In this document: piece after piece, positions 1 to 10,252 of the stretch
Numbering within the stretch: position 1 is the first letter of the stretch
Layout of the letters: the number at the start of each line of letters is the position of its first letter
NCBI GenBank assembly: GCA_038062895.1
Contig: JBBTWJ010000006.1
Location: 48,862-112,861 of the forward strand
Source: Patescibacteria group bacterium
GTDB taxonomy: Bacteria > Patescibacteriota > Microgenomatia > UBA10105 > UBA927
Length of the DNA: 64,000 bases
Direction of reading: 5' to 3'
Notes under the pieces: model-generated
What the model was told of the DNA's origin: nothing
What the model saw: only the letters and a program-made list of their open reading frames with translations
Database searches by the model: none
Translations under genes and position numbers: made by a program

Positions 1-904
1 TAAATCCCGTAACACAGCCCGATCCAATCTGGCTATGACGGATAATATTATTATTACCGATCACGGTATTATCACCGATGTAGCAAGGCCCCACAATTTT
101 CGTATTCTCAAAAATTTTGACATTATCGCCAAGATACACCGGTCCTTCAATAACAACATTTTTTTTGATTTCAACGTTTTTACCACGGAAATCAGATACT
201 TCCTTGAGCAATTGATCCATAATGTCTAGCATGTGCCATGGATACTTAGTCGGATACCAATACCCTTCATAAGGGACAACCTCTGCTGTTCCGTCTTTAA
301 GAAGTTCATTCAAAGCTTTTTCATAAATATCATCTTGCTCGCTTTTTGTCGTGCGCAAAAGCTCAACAAACCTATCAGAATCCGGAAAATAATGAAAAAC
401 TAAATTCCCAAAATCGCTTGGTTCTTTTCCCTCACCAGGTTTTTCTACAACCCCAACGACATTTTGCTCACGCATTACAAAATACCCCATTGGAAAATAT
501 TGTTTCATTTTGATCCCTACCAATACAATCGATTCGCCACCGATCTGCCCTTTAAGCTCCTCATACACCTTCTCTTCCACTAAATCCGTGGCATTCATGA
601 TAAAGCATGGCTTCCCTTCTAAAAGAGGTGCTGCCGCAAGAACTCCTCCCGCCATACCATTTGGTGCAGGCTGCTCAACCGTACGAATAGTTAGGCCTGA
701 TGCCGATAAATGAGAATATGTTTCTTTATCTTGAGGATGAATTACGACGATCACATCAGTTATTCCCGTCAACTTCAACCGATTGAGATTATGGATTAAA
801 AACGATTCCCCTAAGAAGGGGATCATTGATTTACTTGTCTGGATTGGCCAATAACGTTTTCCTTCGCCTCCGGCTAATATGACGGCAATCGTGTCTTTTT
901 TCAT
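1..904 (-). CDS. GlmU-like sugar-phosphate nucleotidyltransferase with hexapeptide (LbH) repeats, 3'-truncated by window edge
   Basis: Not in the ORF track. Manual translation from ATG at 904 gives MKKDTIAVILAGGEGKRYWP...VEKP...YPWHML...VVIEGPVYLGDNVKIFENTKIVGPCYIGDNTVIG. The start overlaps the murA stop (ATGA). Confidence 0.85.
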   Translation of the reverse strand, partial: MKKDTIAVILAGGEGKRYWPIQTSKSMIPFLGESFLIHNLNRLKLTGITDVIVVIHPQDKETYSHLSASGLTIRTVEQPAPNGMAGGVLAAAPLLEGKPCFIMNATDLVEEKVYEELKGQIGGESIVLVGIKMKQYFPMGYFVMREQNVVGVVEKPGEGKEPSDFGNLVFHYFPDSDRFVELLRTTKSEQDDIYEKALNELLKDGTAEVVPYEGYWYPTKYPWHMLDIMDQLLKEVSDFRGKNVEIKKNVVIEGPVYLGDNVKIFENTKIVGPCYIGDNTVIGNNNIIRHSQIGSGCVTGF

Positions 905-2241
905 ATTTCTTCCTCCTTTTGTCGTTCTATGATGGCCCCAAGCTTTGTCAGCCGCTCTTCTATGTTCTCATATCCCCGATCGATATGCTCTACACCATGG
1001 AGGACGCTCTGTCCTTCGGCTGCAAGAGCTGCCAAGACCAATGTAGCGCCCGCTCGGAGATCATTCATGGTGAGAATGGCATTATGAAGTTTCGTCGGAC
1101 CATGGATGTGGATGGCATGGTGATCTCCATCCTGATGATCTCCCCAGTTGAAATTATAAAAACCGGACGGATCAGGAACTTCAGGATCATAGCTTTCGAT
1201 TTGGACACCCATCTTTTTAAGCTCCTCTACGTATCCAAATCTATTCTCAAACACCGTTTCGTGGATGATTGCCTCTCCGGAAGCCTGCGTCATAAGGACT
1301 GCCCAGGGCGCCTGCCAATCTGTCATAAATCCGGGATGCGGCATCGTCACGACATCCACAGACTTCAAATTCGCGCTCCCACGATAACGGGTACGCGTTT
1401 CATCAATAGCTTCATATATTCCACCGGCTACCGTAAACGCTGAAAGAAACGCAGATAGATGTTGGCGCTGTGACCCTATCACGATGATATCCCCGTGAGT
1501 TACCGCAGCCGCTATGGCAAACGTCACCTCTTCGTTGCGATCCGGCATAATCGAATATTGCGCGCCATGAAGCGCACTGACCCCTTCTATGACGATTTCT
1601 TTGGGTTTACTTCGTCGTACCTTCGCACCCATGCTGTTAAGAAGCGTAATAAGCTCATCTATTTCCACTTCCTGGGCCGCACCTTTAATAACTGTTTTAC
1701 CTTTAGCCAGAGCCGCAGCTAAAATAATCGTTTCCGTGCCTGTATGAGAATTTTTGGCAAACTCAAACGTGATGCCGTTGAGTCCATTCGGGGCAGTTGC
1801 ATAAAAATATCCATCCCCAGAGCGATACTCTATGAGAGCTCCCATTTTTTGAAGTGCATCAATATGCCGGTCTATGGGTCTCGCTCCAATCCTGCAGCCA
1901 CCCGGGTTGGGAATCAAGGCCTTCCCATAACGCGCAAGGAGCGGTCCGATGACCATTGATGAAGTACGAAGACGAGCTCCAATATCCAGGGGAACCTGCG
2001 TTTGATCCGAGTGACTGTTTTGTGCAGTAACTGTGCTACCGTTTCGGCTTATGGTTACCCCAAGACTCGTAAGAACCTCAATCATCAGCGCAACGTCTCG
2101 TATTTCCGGAACGTTTCGGATAACTAATTTCTCATCAGTCAGTAAACTTGCCACAAGGAGTTTAAGTGCTACATTTTTGGCACCTCCAAGAACCACTTCT
2201 CCTTGCAATGATTTACCTCCAGTGATGATAAATTTATCCAT
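901..2241 (-). CDS. murA: UDP-N-acetylglucosamine 1-carboxyvinyltransferase
   Basis: GAKN, PGGCRIGARPIDRH, PHPGFMTD and DLRAGA motifs; dcw context. Confidence 0.97.
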   Translation of the reverse strand: MDKFIITGGKSLQGEVVLGGAKNVALKLLVASLLTDEKLVIRNVPEIRDVALMIEVLTSLGVTISRNGSTVTAQNSHSDQTQVPLDIGARLRTSSMVIGPLLARYGKALIPNPGGCRIGARPIDRHIDALQKMGALIEYRSGDGYFYATAPNGLNGITFEFAKNSHTGTETIILAAALAKGKTVIKGAAQEVEIDELITLLNSMGAKVRRSKPKEIVIEGVSALHGAQYSIMPDRNEEVTFAIAAAVTHGDIIVIGSQRQHLSAFLSAFTVAGGIYEAIDETRTRYRGSANLKSVDVVTMPHPGFMTDWQAPWAVLMTQASGEAIIHETVFENRFGYVEELKKMGVQIESYDPEVPDPSGFYNFNWGDHQDGDHHAIHIHGPTKLHNAILTMNDLRAGATLVLAALAAEGQSVLHGVEHIDRGYENIEERLTKLGAIIERQKEEEI

Positions 2242-3274
2242 GAAACTCTCCTAATCTTACGATCTCCTCTTGGAGCTCAACCCCAAACTGCTCTTTCACT
2301 TTCCCACGGGCCAGCTCAATCAATTCTATCACGTCGGCGGCTGTAGCATGGCCGGTATTGATGATGAAATTCGCATGGACAGACGATATTTGGGCGTCTC
2401 CGACTGATGTTCCTTTGAGTCCTGCATGATCCACAAGAAATCCGGCAGAAGTCGTATGGTCAGGTGTCGCCGCTGTCATTGCCTCAGCGGAAGTGATATT
2501 TCTGAACGTACACCCAGGACTTTTGACGCCCTGCGGTTGGCTTTCCCTACGATAGGCAATACTCTGGTTAGCGACACTCCACAGCTCATCTTTGTCTCCG
2601 GGGACAAGGGCAAATACCACCCGAAGAACGATGTCACCGGTTTTTTGGATGCTACTCGTATCGTAGGCGAAGTGAAAATATGAACGGTCAACTATCTTCA
2701 TTTCGCTTTTCGCGGTCAATATGGTCGCCTGATATACCGCATCACCGACGTAGGTTACGGGCATAGAGAGCGTCCCAAAATAACGTCTTCGATTATTTTG
2801 GGTTACGATCCCTTGTGCCGCATCTTTTGATGCGGCCTTCGTCCATTTAGAGTTCATAAATATTGCTCCACCGACCGTTCCGGGTAACCCAAGATGCGCT
2901 TCAAGCCCTCCAAGGCCTTCTTCGACCGTAAAACGGACGAGCTTATTAAAGACAACACCTGAATCAACTTCAACAAATACTGACCCTTTCGCCTCACCAC
3001 CTTCAACCTTCCCCTTCATGCCACGAATAGTGATCGTACTCGTATTATTTTTGATCACCAGTCCCCGGACCCCTTCATCCCCGATGAGAATATTTGTTCC
3101 TCCTCCTAGTATTGTTATCGGTAACCCTGCTTCCCGCGCTTGGATGACTGCCTCCACGATTTCTTTAACACTTCCCGCCTCATAAAAAAATTCCGCCGGT
3201 CCGCCAATCTTAAAGGTTGTATACGGGGAAAGTGAAACATCTTTTTTAAAATTCATAGGATTGATCTGGCCCAT
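2234..3274 (-). CDS. murB: UDP-N-acetylenolpyruvoylglucosamine reductase, with a ~25-aa palindrome-derived insertion
   Basis: TTFKIGGPA, GGGTNIL, PGTVGGAIFMN, HANFIIN and LQEE motifs. True start is probably ATG at 3256 (MNFKK). Confidence 0.95.
   Translation of the reverse strand: MGQINPMNFKKDVSLSPYTTFKIGGPAEFFYEAGSVKEIVEAVIQAREAGLPITILGGGTNILIGDEGVRGLVIKNNTSTITIRGMKGKVEGGEAKGSVFVEVDSGVVFNKLVRFTVEEGLGGLEAHLGLPGTVGGAIFMNSKWTKAASKDAAQGIVTQNNRRRYFGTLSMPVTYVGDAVYQATILTAKSEMKIVDRSYFHFAYDTSSIQKTGDIVLRVVFALVPGDKDELWSVANQSIAYRRESQPQGVKSPGCTFRNITSAEAMTAATPDHTTSAGFLVDHAGLKGTSVGDAQISSVHANFIINTGHATAADVIELIELARGKVKEQFGVELQEEIVRLGEFHG
2753..2836. repeat. Two in-frame hairpin elements inside murB
   Basis: CCCAAAATAA(2774-2783)...TTATTTTGGG(2793-2802); GCCGCATC-TTTT-GATGCGGC (2817-2836); GGTTACG direct repeat at 2753 and 2801. 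Confidence 0.7.
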
Positions 3275-4539
3275 TGATAAATATCTCCGGCACCCATAAA
3301 CACGATCACATCATCGGCGGTGAGTTCTTTTTCCAGCCATCGGGAGACATCCTGTCGTAAAGGTGCATAGATTCCACCCAACTTCTGGACAAGTCCTTCT
3401 ACTTTTTGCGCTTCCCGCGCCGACGCATAGATATCCGTCACAAGGGTGATATCCGCCAACGCAAGCGCCCGAACGAAATCAGGCAGTAATGCGTTCGTCC
3501 GTGAGTATGTATGCGGCTGAAACACAACGACGAGGCGTTTCTTGGGATACATTTCGCGAAATGCTGCTATCGTTGATTCAATTTCTTTAGGGTGATGGGC
3601 ATAATCGTCGTAGATGAGTGCTCCGCGCACTTCTCCTAATTTCTCAAACCTTCGCTTTGTGCCTCCAAACCGCTCAAGACCCTGTTTTATGACATTCCAA
3701 GCAATTCCAATTCTTTCGCACGCCGCGGCCGCTGCTGCAGCGTTGAGCATATTATGCCTGCCCAAAACTTGAAGCTTCAGTCCACTTATTTCTTTTGACA
3801 GACCGAATTTCACCACGTTTTCCCCCTTGGATAAAACGGAACTCGCTGGATCATCTGCGTTCATGATCGTAAGCTCGCTCTGTTTTTGCAGTGCCACAAA
3901 TGCTTGTTGAACATGAGCAAGATCTGTATAGACATCAGGATGATCATAATCAATATTTGTCACCACCAAAACGTCCGGCTTGTGCCAGAGAAAACGGGGT
4001 GTCGCGTCATGCCCTGGGTCTGTCACATACTCATCTGCTTCTGCGATAAACCAGTCTCCCTTCCCCGCGTGCCCGGCGGTACCCAGTCCACGGATAGAAC
4101 CACAGCCGACTGCATACGAAGGATCTAAGTCCGCCTCAACGAGAATCGTCGCAATCATGGCAGCAGTTGTTGTCTTGCCATGACTGCCCGCAATACTTAT
4201 CTGGTGTTTCCCCTCCATGACAAGCCCCAACGCCTGACCATGAGGAAGCACCGAAATAGCATGCTCTTTTGCATACATCACCTGCGGATTATCCCGTCCA
4301 CCATGTGCGCCGGTATAGACTACAACATCCGGCTTGAACGCGGCGAGGTGAGACGAATCAAATCCTACATGGATATCAACGTGCGCCTTTTTAAGCTCTT
4401 CATCTGTGGGAAATTCTTCCCCTACGTCACTTCCTGCGACCGACTTTCCGGCATCTTTGGCCCAAATCGCAAGTGCTGCCATAGCAACGCCTTTAATACC
4501 GACCAAATATATCCGCTTTGATTGTTGAATATGGTTCAT
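3253..4539 (-). CDS. murC: UDP-N-acetylmuramate--L-alanine ligase
   Basis: GIKGVAM, AGSHGKTTT, EADE, DDYAHHP and FQPH motifs. Confidence 0.95.
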   Translation of the reverse strand: MNHIQQSKRIYLVGIKGVAMAALAIWAKDAGKSVAGSDVGEEFPTDEELKKAHVDIHVGFDSSHLAAFKPDVVVYTGAHGGRDNPQVMYAKEHAISVLPHGQALGLVMEGKHQISIAGSHGKTTTAAMIATILVEADLDPSYAVGCGSIRGLGTAGHAGKGDWFIAEADEYVTDPGHDATPRFLWHKPDVLVVTNIDYDHPDVYTDLAHVQQAFVALQKQSELTIMNADDPASSVLSKGENVVKFGLSKEISGLKLQVLGRHNMLNAAAAAAACERIGIAWNVIKQGLERFGGTKRRFEKLGEVRGALIYDDYAHHPKEIESTIAAFREMYPKKRLVVVFQPHTYSRTNALLPDFVRALALADITLVTDIYASAREAQKVEGLVQKLGGIYAPLRQDVSRWLEKELTADDVIVFMGAGDIYQWARSIL

Positions 4540-5261
4540 AGATTATTACGAAACCCAATCACCGCTATCATTTTACCAAATGATGCTTCCGAATCCTTCC
4601 GGTAAGAAAAAAAGTCGTTGCGTTGACAAGATGTACACAAGGGCGGTGCATCGATATGATCCCGGGCGACCCCCTCCTCGATCAGCTGGCGGTAATTTAT
4701 GAGTCCGATGTCCAGATGCCACGTGCCATCAGCGCAATATGCCATCTTTTCATCATTGCCCAATCGTTGAGCAAATGCATTCACGCGTTGCGTCCCAACG
4801 GTATAACAACACGCGCCGATATGCGGACCAATGACACCATAAATCTTTCCCACTTCAACCCCTGCCTGCACCATAGCGCGCACAGCATGGCCTACCACAT
4901 TTCCCAACGTTCCTTTCCAGCCTGCATGAACTGCTGCACATATATGGTTGACAGGATCAACCAGCAATACGGGAACACAGTCCGCTGCAAGAACCGCTAC
5001 CGGCACATCACGACTTACGAGTCCATCGACTCCAGGCACAACCCCTGTCGATTGTTTATGAACCACACTTATCCGATTGTCATGCACTTGCTGTGCAAAA
5101 ATCGCGGAATCATTCACTCCAAGCGCATGCAAAAAATGTTGTCTCTTTTCTGTGTCTTGACTCATGTCCCCTGCAAGGCGGGACGAAAATCCATGAATGA
5201 CTCCATCCAGCTTAACCATGAGTGATGATTGAAAACAAAGCGTATCGCGTTTATGTACCAT
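4536..5261 (-). CDS. pgeF: Peptidoglycan editing factor PgeF / YfiH laccase-domain protein
   Basis: QVH, ADCVPVL, HAGWKG, GPHIGACCY and FFSYR motifs. Confidence 0.92.
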   Translation of the reverse strand: MVHKRDTLCFQSSLMVKLDGVIHGFSSRLAGDMSQDTEKRQHFLHALGVNDSAIFAQQVHDNRISVVHKQSTGVVPGVDGLVSRDVPVAVLAADCVPVLLVDPVNHICAAVHAGWKGTLGNVVGHAVRAMVQAGVEVGKIYGVIGPHIGACCYTVGTQRVNAFAQRLGNDEKMAYCADGTWHLDIGLINYRQLIEEGVARDHIDAPPLCTSCQRNDFFSYRKDSEASFGKMIAVIGFRNNL

Positions 5262-6435
5262 ACCCCAACCGTTTCATATGTTTGCTTACCGCCTCCTGAT
5301 CGCTCCATGGATATTCCCGGCTCCCACGCGCAAGACTTTTTTCATGACCTTTACCCGTTATCATGACCGTATCTCCGGGTTTGGCCTCGTTGAGCGCAAA
5401 CCCAATTGCTTCATCCCTGTCGGGGAGCCGCACCACGCGGCTTTCCGACGGTATGCGTGATGCAATTTCATCAATAATCGTATGCACATCTTCGGTGCGG
5501 TAATCCTCTTCCGTTAAAACGATGATATCTGCATACCGCGCTGATGCTTCACCCATGAGCGGACGCTTCGTAAGGTCACGCAGCGCTGCGCTTCCAAATA
5601 CATGGATAAGACTGCCCTTACAGGATTTACGAACGGTTTTCAATGCTTGTTCTATAGCATTGGGTGTATGGGCAAAGTCGATAATAACGCGGAAAGGCTT
5701 ATCCACTACCACTTCCATCCTTCCTTTCACACCCACAAATGAAGCAATCGCTTTTTGTGCTATCTTGAGTGGCACACCTAAAGCTTCCGTTGCAGCGATG
5801 GCTGCCAGACAATTATACCGATTAAACTCACCGACCAGGATTGTTTTAAACGGATGACTCTTCGGACTTACATTTGCATCACGCCGGATCCCATACGAAA
5901 GCATTCGCTTATGGTGCAAAAGGACGCTTGCTTTATTATAAACTTCCGCTTCATCACGATTCAGTACTGCTACGCGCGCGCGTTGTAGAAGCGATATTTT
6001 GGTCATCAAATAAGCATTGAACGTTTTATGCCAATCCAGATGCTCATGCGTCACATTCGTCAGAACTCCGACGGCAAATCGCACGAAATCCACCCGATGC
6101 TGTGCAAGACCATGGGAAGTAGTTTCCAACACAAAATGCGTATCTCCGTGACGCAGTGCCTCGGCCAGATACTTCTGGACTTCCCAGCCGCGCGGATTCG
6201 TCACATGAAAGCCGGTGTCGTAGGAAACTCCTCCCACGACTGCGTGAACGGAGGTAATCATAGAAACATGGAGCCCATGAGCCTTGAGAATTTCGAAAAT
6301 AAGCGTGCTCGTCGTGGTTTTGCCATCCGTACCTGTTACTCCGATGACCGTGAGCTTCGTGCTGGGAAATCCGTACCGGAGAGCAGCAGCAAAGGCTTCG
6401 GCCCAATGATAGAGCCCTTTTAGGCGTTGCATCAT
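5251..6435 (-). CDS. murE: Mur ligase MurE family (short form lacking the N-terminal domain)
   Basis: VTGTDGKTTT, ETTSH, TNVTHEHLDWH, DFAHTPNA and GKGHE motifs. Confidence 0.9.
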   Translation of the reverse strand: MMQRLKGLYHWAEAFAAALRYGFPSTKLTVIGVTGTDGKTTTSTLIFEILKAHGLHVSMITSVHAVVGGVSYDTGFHVTNPRGWEVQKYLAEALRHGDTHFVLETTSHGLAQHRVDFVRFAVGVLTNVTHEHLDWHKTFNAYLMTKISLLQRARVAVLNRDEAEVYNKASVLLHHKRMLSYGIRRDANVSPKSHPFKTILVGEFNRYNCLAAIAATEALGVPLKIAQKAIASFVGVKGRMEVVVDKPFRVIIDFAHTPNAIEQALKTVRKSCKGSLIHVFGSAALRDLTKRPLMGEASARYADIIVLTEEDYRTEDVHTIIDEIASRIPSESRVVRLPDRDEAIGFALNEAKPGDTVMITGKGHEKSLARGSREYPWSDQEAVSKHMKRLGYGT

Positions 6436-6441
6436 ATTCGT

Positions 6442-6450
6442 ATTATACCA
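6442..6450 (-). promoter_or_regulatory. Extended -10 promoter (TGgTATAAT) 6 nt upstream of the murE ATG; probably leaderless
   Basis: Minus strand reads TGG TATAAT acgaat ATG; no SD sequence. Confidence 0.55.
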
Positions 6451-6452
6451 TT

Positions 6453-8126
6453 CTACTGTGGTGCAATGCCGTAATATGCGAATAGATCGCGCGCGATACC
6501 GAAGAAAAGCGGCGCTGCGGTTTCTGACCCCCAGGGACTGGATGTGGGCTCCCGAAGCGTCACAAGGATAATAAACTTTGGATCATCAGCTGGTGCAAAC
6601 CCTATGAATGATGCTATCGTTTTTTTGTTATCATAGTGGCCAGCGACAGGAATCTGTGCTGTCCCGGTCTTTCCGGCTATTCTATACCCTTTTGGTTTTG
6701 CCCATTGAGCCTCACCGCGATCAACCGCCGCGATCATCATCTCCGTCATAATCCGCGCCGTCGCCGGGGAGATTGCGGATCGTGTCTTTTTCGACACGAT
6801 CGGTACGACTCTCCCTGATCCATCACGAATCTCTTTGACTATCCTGGGCTCGACGAGCTGACCGCCATTGGCAATAGCTCCGACCGCCCGGATCATTTGG
6901 ATAGGGGTAACGGCGATGCCCTGCCCAAATGACGCAGTAGCCAGGTCTATATCTTTCCAATCACTATCATCGCGTATACTCGCCGGCACCTCTTCCTGAA
7001 GATCGATACCGGTTGGCTCACCAAATCCAAACTTATGAATCGCCTGAAGCATCCCTTCCTTGCCGAGTTTATTCTGTACAAACACCATGCCAACATTTGA
7101 CGAATGTACGAGCACATCGGTCATTGAGATGATGCCGCGGTATTTTTCATCCCACGTCCGGATAAAATACTCACCTACCCGCACCGCCCCTGTTTCTTCG
7201 GCCATTGTTGTTGACTTCACCACGTTTCGATCTAACCCCATTGCCATCACCAGCACCTTGAACGTAGATCCCGGCTCAAACGTGCTGGCTACGATCGGAT
7301 TTTTATATACTTCCTTGGGAAATTCACCGAAGTTAGCCGGATCATAACTTGGGAAGGCTGCCATGCCTAAAATACCACCGGTTTTTGGATCCATAACGAC
7401 GATCGATCCCTCTTTAGCACCGTATTTGGCTATCCCCGCCAATAACCGGTGCTCAATGATCCGCTGGATCGAACGGTCTAACCACAACACTAAATTTCTC
7501 CCATCTTCCGGCTCAATCCGGCGCGTATCACCTACTAGAATCGGAGCCCCACGGACATCCTTTTCAAGCTGCAGCATCCCATCTTTGCCTCCCAGCTCAC
7601 GCCCGTAATACCCCTCTACCCCAAAATATCCGCGATCTTTGCCGTTTTCATCGCTCCCCACAAATCCTACAATATGAGCGGCCATTGAACTCTCCGGGTA
7701 CATACGCTTAGATTCCTTTTCAAATCCTAAACCATTCAGCTTCAAGTCTTTCAGTTGTGTAACGCGGGCAGATTCTACTTTGTGAGCTAGAGGAACCCAA
7801 ACACGATCAGGTTGTGACAGGATACTCACTATATCTTTTCCATCCATTCCCAATAACGATGAAATACTCGCCGCAAATGACGGCATATTTGCAATTTTTC
7901 TGGGCTCGGCGTAGACCAAATACGCGGATTGATTTAACACTAACGGTTTACCGTCAGAGGCCAGGATCGCACCCCGCTGCGCAGGCAGATTAAACGTAAG
8001 GTAATACTGTGATGCAGCCTCAAGTCGAAGGGACGAGGAGCGTATGACTTGCCAATGAAAAAGCCGTGCCACCATCAGGCCATAGAGAACAACAAAAAAA
8101 GAAAACACTATCCAAATACGTACCAT
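6453..8126 (-). CDS. ftsI: Class B penicillin-binding protein (FtsI/PBP3)
   Basis: N-terminal TM helix; RGAILASDG, EPGSTFK (SxxK), SSN and KTGT motifs. Confidence 0.93.
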   Translation of the reverse strand: MVRIWIVFSFFVVLYGLMVARLFHWQVIRSSSLRLEAASQYYLTFNLPAQRGAILASDGKPLVLNQSAYLVYAEPRKIANMPSFAASISSLLGMDGKDIVSILSQPDRVWVPLAHKVESARVTQLKDLKLNGLGFEKESKRMYPESSMAAHIVGFVGSDENGKDRGYFGVEGYYGRELGGKDGMLQLEKDVRGAPILVGDTRRIEPEDGRNLVLWLDRSIQRIIEHRLLAGIAKYGAKEGSIVVMDPKTGGILGMAAFPSYDPANFGEFPKEVYKNPIVASTFEPGSTFKVLVMAMGLDRNVVKSTTMAEETGAVRVGEYFIRTWDEKYRGIISMTDVLVHSSNVGMVFVQNKLGKEGMLQAIHKFGFGEPTGIDLQEEVPASIRDDSDWKDIDLATASFGQGIAVTPIQMIRAVGAIANGGQLVEPRIVKEIRDGSGRVVPIVSKKTRSAISPATARIMTEMMIAAVDRGEAQWAKPKGYRIAGKTGTAQIPVAGHYDNKKTIASFIGFAPADDPKFIILVTLREPTSSPWGSETAAPLFFGIARDLFAYYGIAPQ

Positions 8127-8420
8127 TTAAGGTTGAAGGTGAAACGCCACGTCTTGAGCGCCGATAGTGATGACCGGAGGACTCGAAATAAATCCTAAGG
8201 CTTTGGATTTATCTTCGATGGTAAGAAGAGATGAAAGCGAAGCAACTTTTTCCTGCAACAACTGATTTTCTTCCTGGAGGGTATCTATGGACCGATCGAT
8301 CTGGGAAACCTTTTTGCCAAATCCAGCAAGCTCGTTGGTCACAAGAATCTCCACAACAAGCAATATGACCACAAGAAAGGGAAGAATTCGTATGCCTGAT
8401 CGAATAAACCGTATCATCAT
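8127..8420 (-). CDS. ftsL: FtsL-like cell division protein
   Basis: Single TM helix plus coiled coil, between rsmH and ftsI. Confidence 0.7.
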   Translation of the reverse strand: MMIRFIRSGIRILPFLVVILLVVEILVTNELAGFGKKVSQIDRSIDTLQEENQLLQEKVASLSSLLTIEDKSKALGFISSPPVITIGAQDVAFHLQP

Positions 8421-9292
8421 AGCTTTTGAGCAATCCGTAATTTTGCACTTCGTGACCGAACATTCATATACTTCTCGGTATCACTTGGCGTCAGGGGCCG
8501 CTTATTTATTGACCGTAAACCAAGTTGCACTATTTCCCGTTTCACGATCCGATCTTCAAGAGAATGGTAGCTTAATGCTGCAATCCGCCCTCCTGACCCT
8601 AACACCATTACTGCGCCGGGTAACCCTTCTTTCAGTGCGCCAAGTTCATCGTTGACCACTATCCGTAATGCCTGGAATACCCGTGCAAGCGTGCTCATCC
8701 TTTCTCGTGCGTCGCCCATTACCTCATCGACCACCCCAACCAAATCTCCCACCGTTGTCACAGACTTTACATGACGGGTGCGGACAACAGCACGAGCAAT
8801 TGACCGAGCCAACTTTTCTTCACCATATGTTGCAAATATTTCATATAATTCTTCTTCAGATAATTTTTTGATATATTCTGCCGCCGGTGCGCCGCTTTTC
8901 GGATTCATTCTAAGATCCAATGGAGCCTCCAAAAAACGGAAACTGAATCCCCTATCGGGCGTATCGATCTGATGACTCGATACTCCCAAGTCAAATAATA
9001 TCCCATCTGCAGTATCAAACCCTTGCTCTTCCGCTATTTTTCTAATGTCCCGAAAATTCCCCTGTACTATTTTCCAATCCCCGTATTTTATATTTTGTTT
9101 TGAAAATTCAACCGCCTCCGGATCTTGATCAATCCCCAGTAGCCTCCCACCTCTCTTGATAATCTCAATACTGTAACCTCCTCCTCCCACTGTCGCATCG
9201 ATATACGTTCCTCCATCTCGTACCGCTAGCCCGTTTAAGACTTCTTCCACCATCACTGGGACATGAAATTTATTTTTATCTGACATGATCAT
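8417..9292 (-). CDS. rsmH: 16S rRNA (C1402-N4) methyltransferase
   Basis: HVPVM, DATVGGGG, DLGVSS, PLDLRM, YHSLEDRIVK and RSAKLR motifs. Start placed at ATG 9292 (9286 is an alternative). Confidence 0.96.
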   Translation of the reverse strand: MIMSDKNKFHVPVMVEEVLNGLAVRDGGTYIDATVGGGGYSIEIIKRGGRLLGIDQDPEAVEFSKQNIKYGDWKIVQGNFRDIRKIAEEQGFDTADGILFDLGVSSHQIDTPDRGFSFRFLEAPLDLRMNPKSGAPAAEYIKKLSEEELYEIFATYGEEKLARSIARAVVRTRHVKSVTTVGDLVGVVDEVMGDARERMSTLARVFQALRIVVNDELGALKEGLPGAVMVLGSGGRIAALSYHSLEDRIVKREIVQLGLRSINKRPLTPSDTEKYMNVRSRSAKLRIAQKL

Positions 9293-9684
9293 CAGAGATT
9301 CTTCGCATACTCTTCCCAACGAATACGATCCCAAATCTCAAAATGATCACCCGCGCCTATCACCATGATCTCCCGAGCAATGGAAGCGTAATCCTTGAGC
9401 TGGGCAGGCAAAAGTATACGACCAAGTTTATCTATCTCCGACTTTTGGGCCCCGGCGAACATATATCGCCGGATTTTTCTTCCCTCCTCATTCGTGACCG
9501 GCGTGTCAAGGTGCTTGGCAGCTTCACGCTCCCAACTTTCACGGTCAAACCCAAAAATACACGGTTCAAATCCTTTCGCAAGTACCAGTTCCCGCTCTTC
9601 TATCTCTTGTCGAATCTTTCTAGGGAGCGTCACTCTGCCCCGATCGTCTAAACTATGGTCGTATTCCCCAAGGAAAAGCTTCAT
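9292..9684 (-). CDS. mraZ: Transcriptional regulator MraZ
   Basis: FLGEYDHSLDDRGRVTLP, DKLGRILLP and FEIWD motifs. Confidence 0.96.
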   Translation of the reverse strand: MKLFLGEYDHSLDDRGRVTLPRKIRQEIEERELVLAKGFEPCIFGFDRESWEREAAKHLDTPVTNEEGRKIRRYMFAGAQKSEIDKLGRILLPAQLKDYASIAREIMVIGAGDHFEIWDRIRWEEYAKNL

Positions 9685-9696
9685 GCTTCTAATCTA

Positions 9697-9747
9697 CCAC
9701 TTCTTCCCATTAATATCCATATTGTCCCATATTTCACGGACTGTCAA
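9697..9747 (-). promoter_or_regulatory. dcw promoter with four MraZ-binding boxes
   Basis: (A/G)TGG repeats at an exact 10-bp period (plus strand CCAC/CCAT ending 9700, 9710, 9720, 9730); TTGACA at 9747-9742. Confidence 0.75.
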
Positions 9748-9833
9748 GGGGTCATTTCACAACCCCGCGAGTTTTCACAAAAACTTGACAAAACGTGTTG
9801 AGAGAGAGAGAATACAGTTCGAATGCTCTAACT

Positions 9834-10172
9834 ATGACGCAAGTAACACCTGAAGCAAAAGTCGGTTTTCAACAACCACAAATACCACAGGACGATTGGG
9901 TTGCACTAATGTATCAAGAATACGGACTTGGTTTAACTCCATCATTAGAAAAAATCGAACCAAAAGCTACAGAATTTCTCGCTGATATTAGAACCGCGCT
10001 CAAAGGAGCGGAGTTGGTATTAGGGAGACGCGTGGATGGCAGTATAGAGAAAGAACCCGATGTTTTACCAATACTGACGACTCCGGGTTTGTCTGGGACC
10101 CAGCGTTTCGGACTCTTATTAATGCAAAAAGAGATAGAAAAAGCACAAGCTACTGGTCACGCTTCCGAATAA
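9834..10172 (+). CDS. Hypothetical protein
   Basis: 112-aa ORF divergent from mraZ with TTGACA-17-GAGAAT upstream (9785-9813); no recognised motif. Confidence 0.55.
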   Translation: MTQVTPEAKVGFQQPQIPQDDWVALMYQEYGLGLTPSLEKIEPKATEFLADIRTALKGAELVLGRRVDGSIEKEPDVLPILTTPGLSGTQRFGLLLMQKEIEKAQATGHASE

Positions 10173-10252
10173 TATTGCTTCCTAACTGTTCTAGAGGTCA
10201 TATTCCCTGAAGAACTGGCTTTTCTTATCAGAAACGTTGGTAAAACAATTGA

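Noticed and set aside
9800-9810. (GA)n run in a promoter spacer as a phase-variation switch
   Set aside because: Only about five units, too short to support
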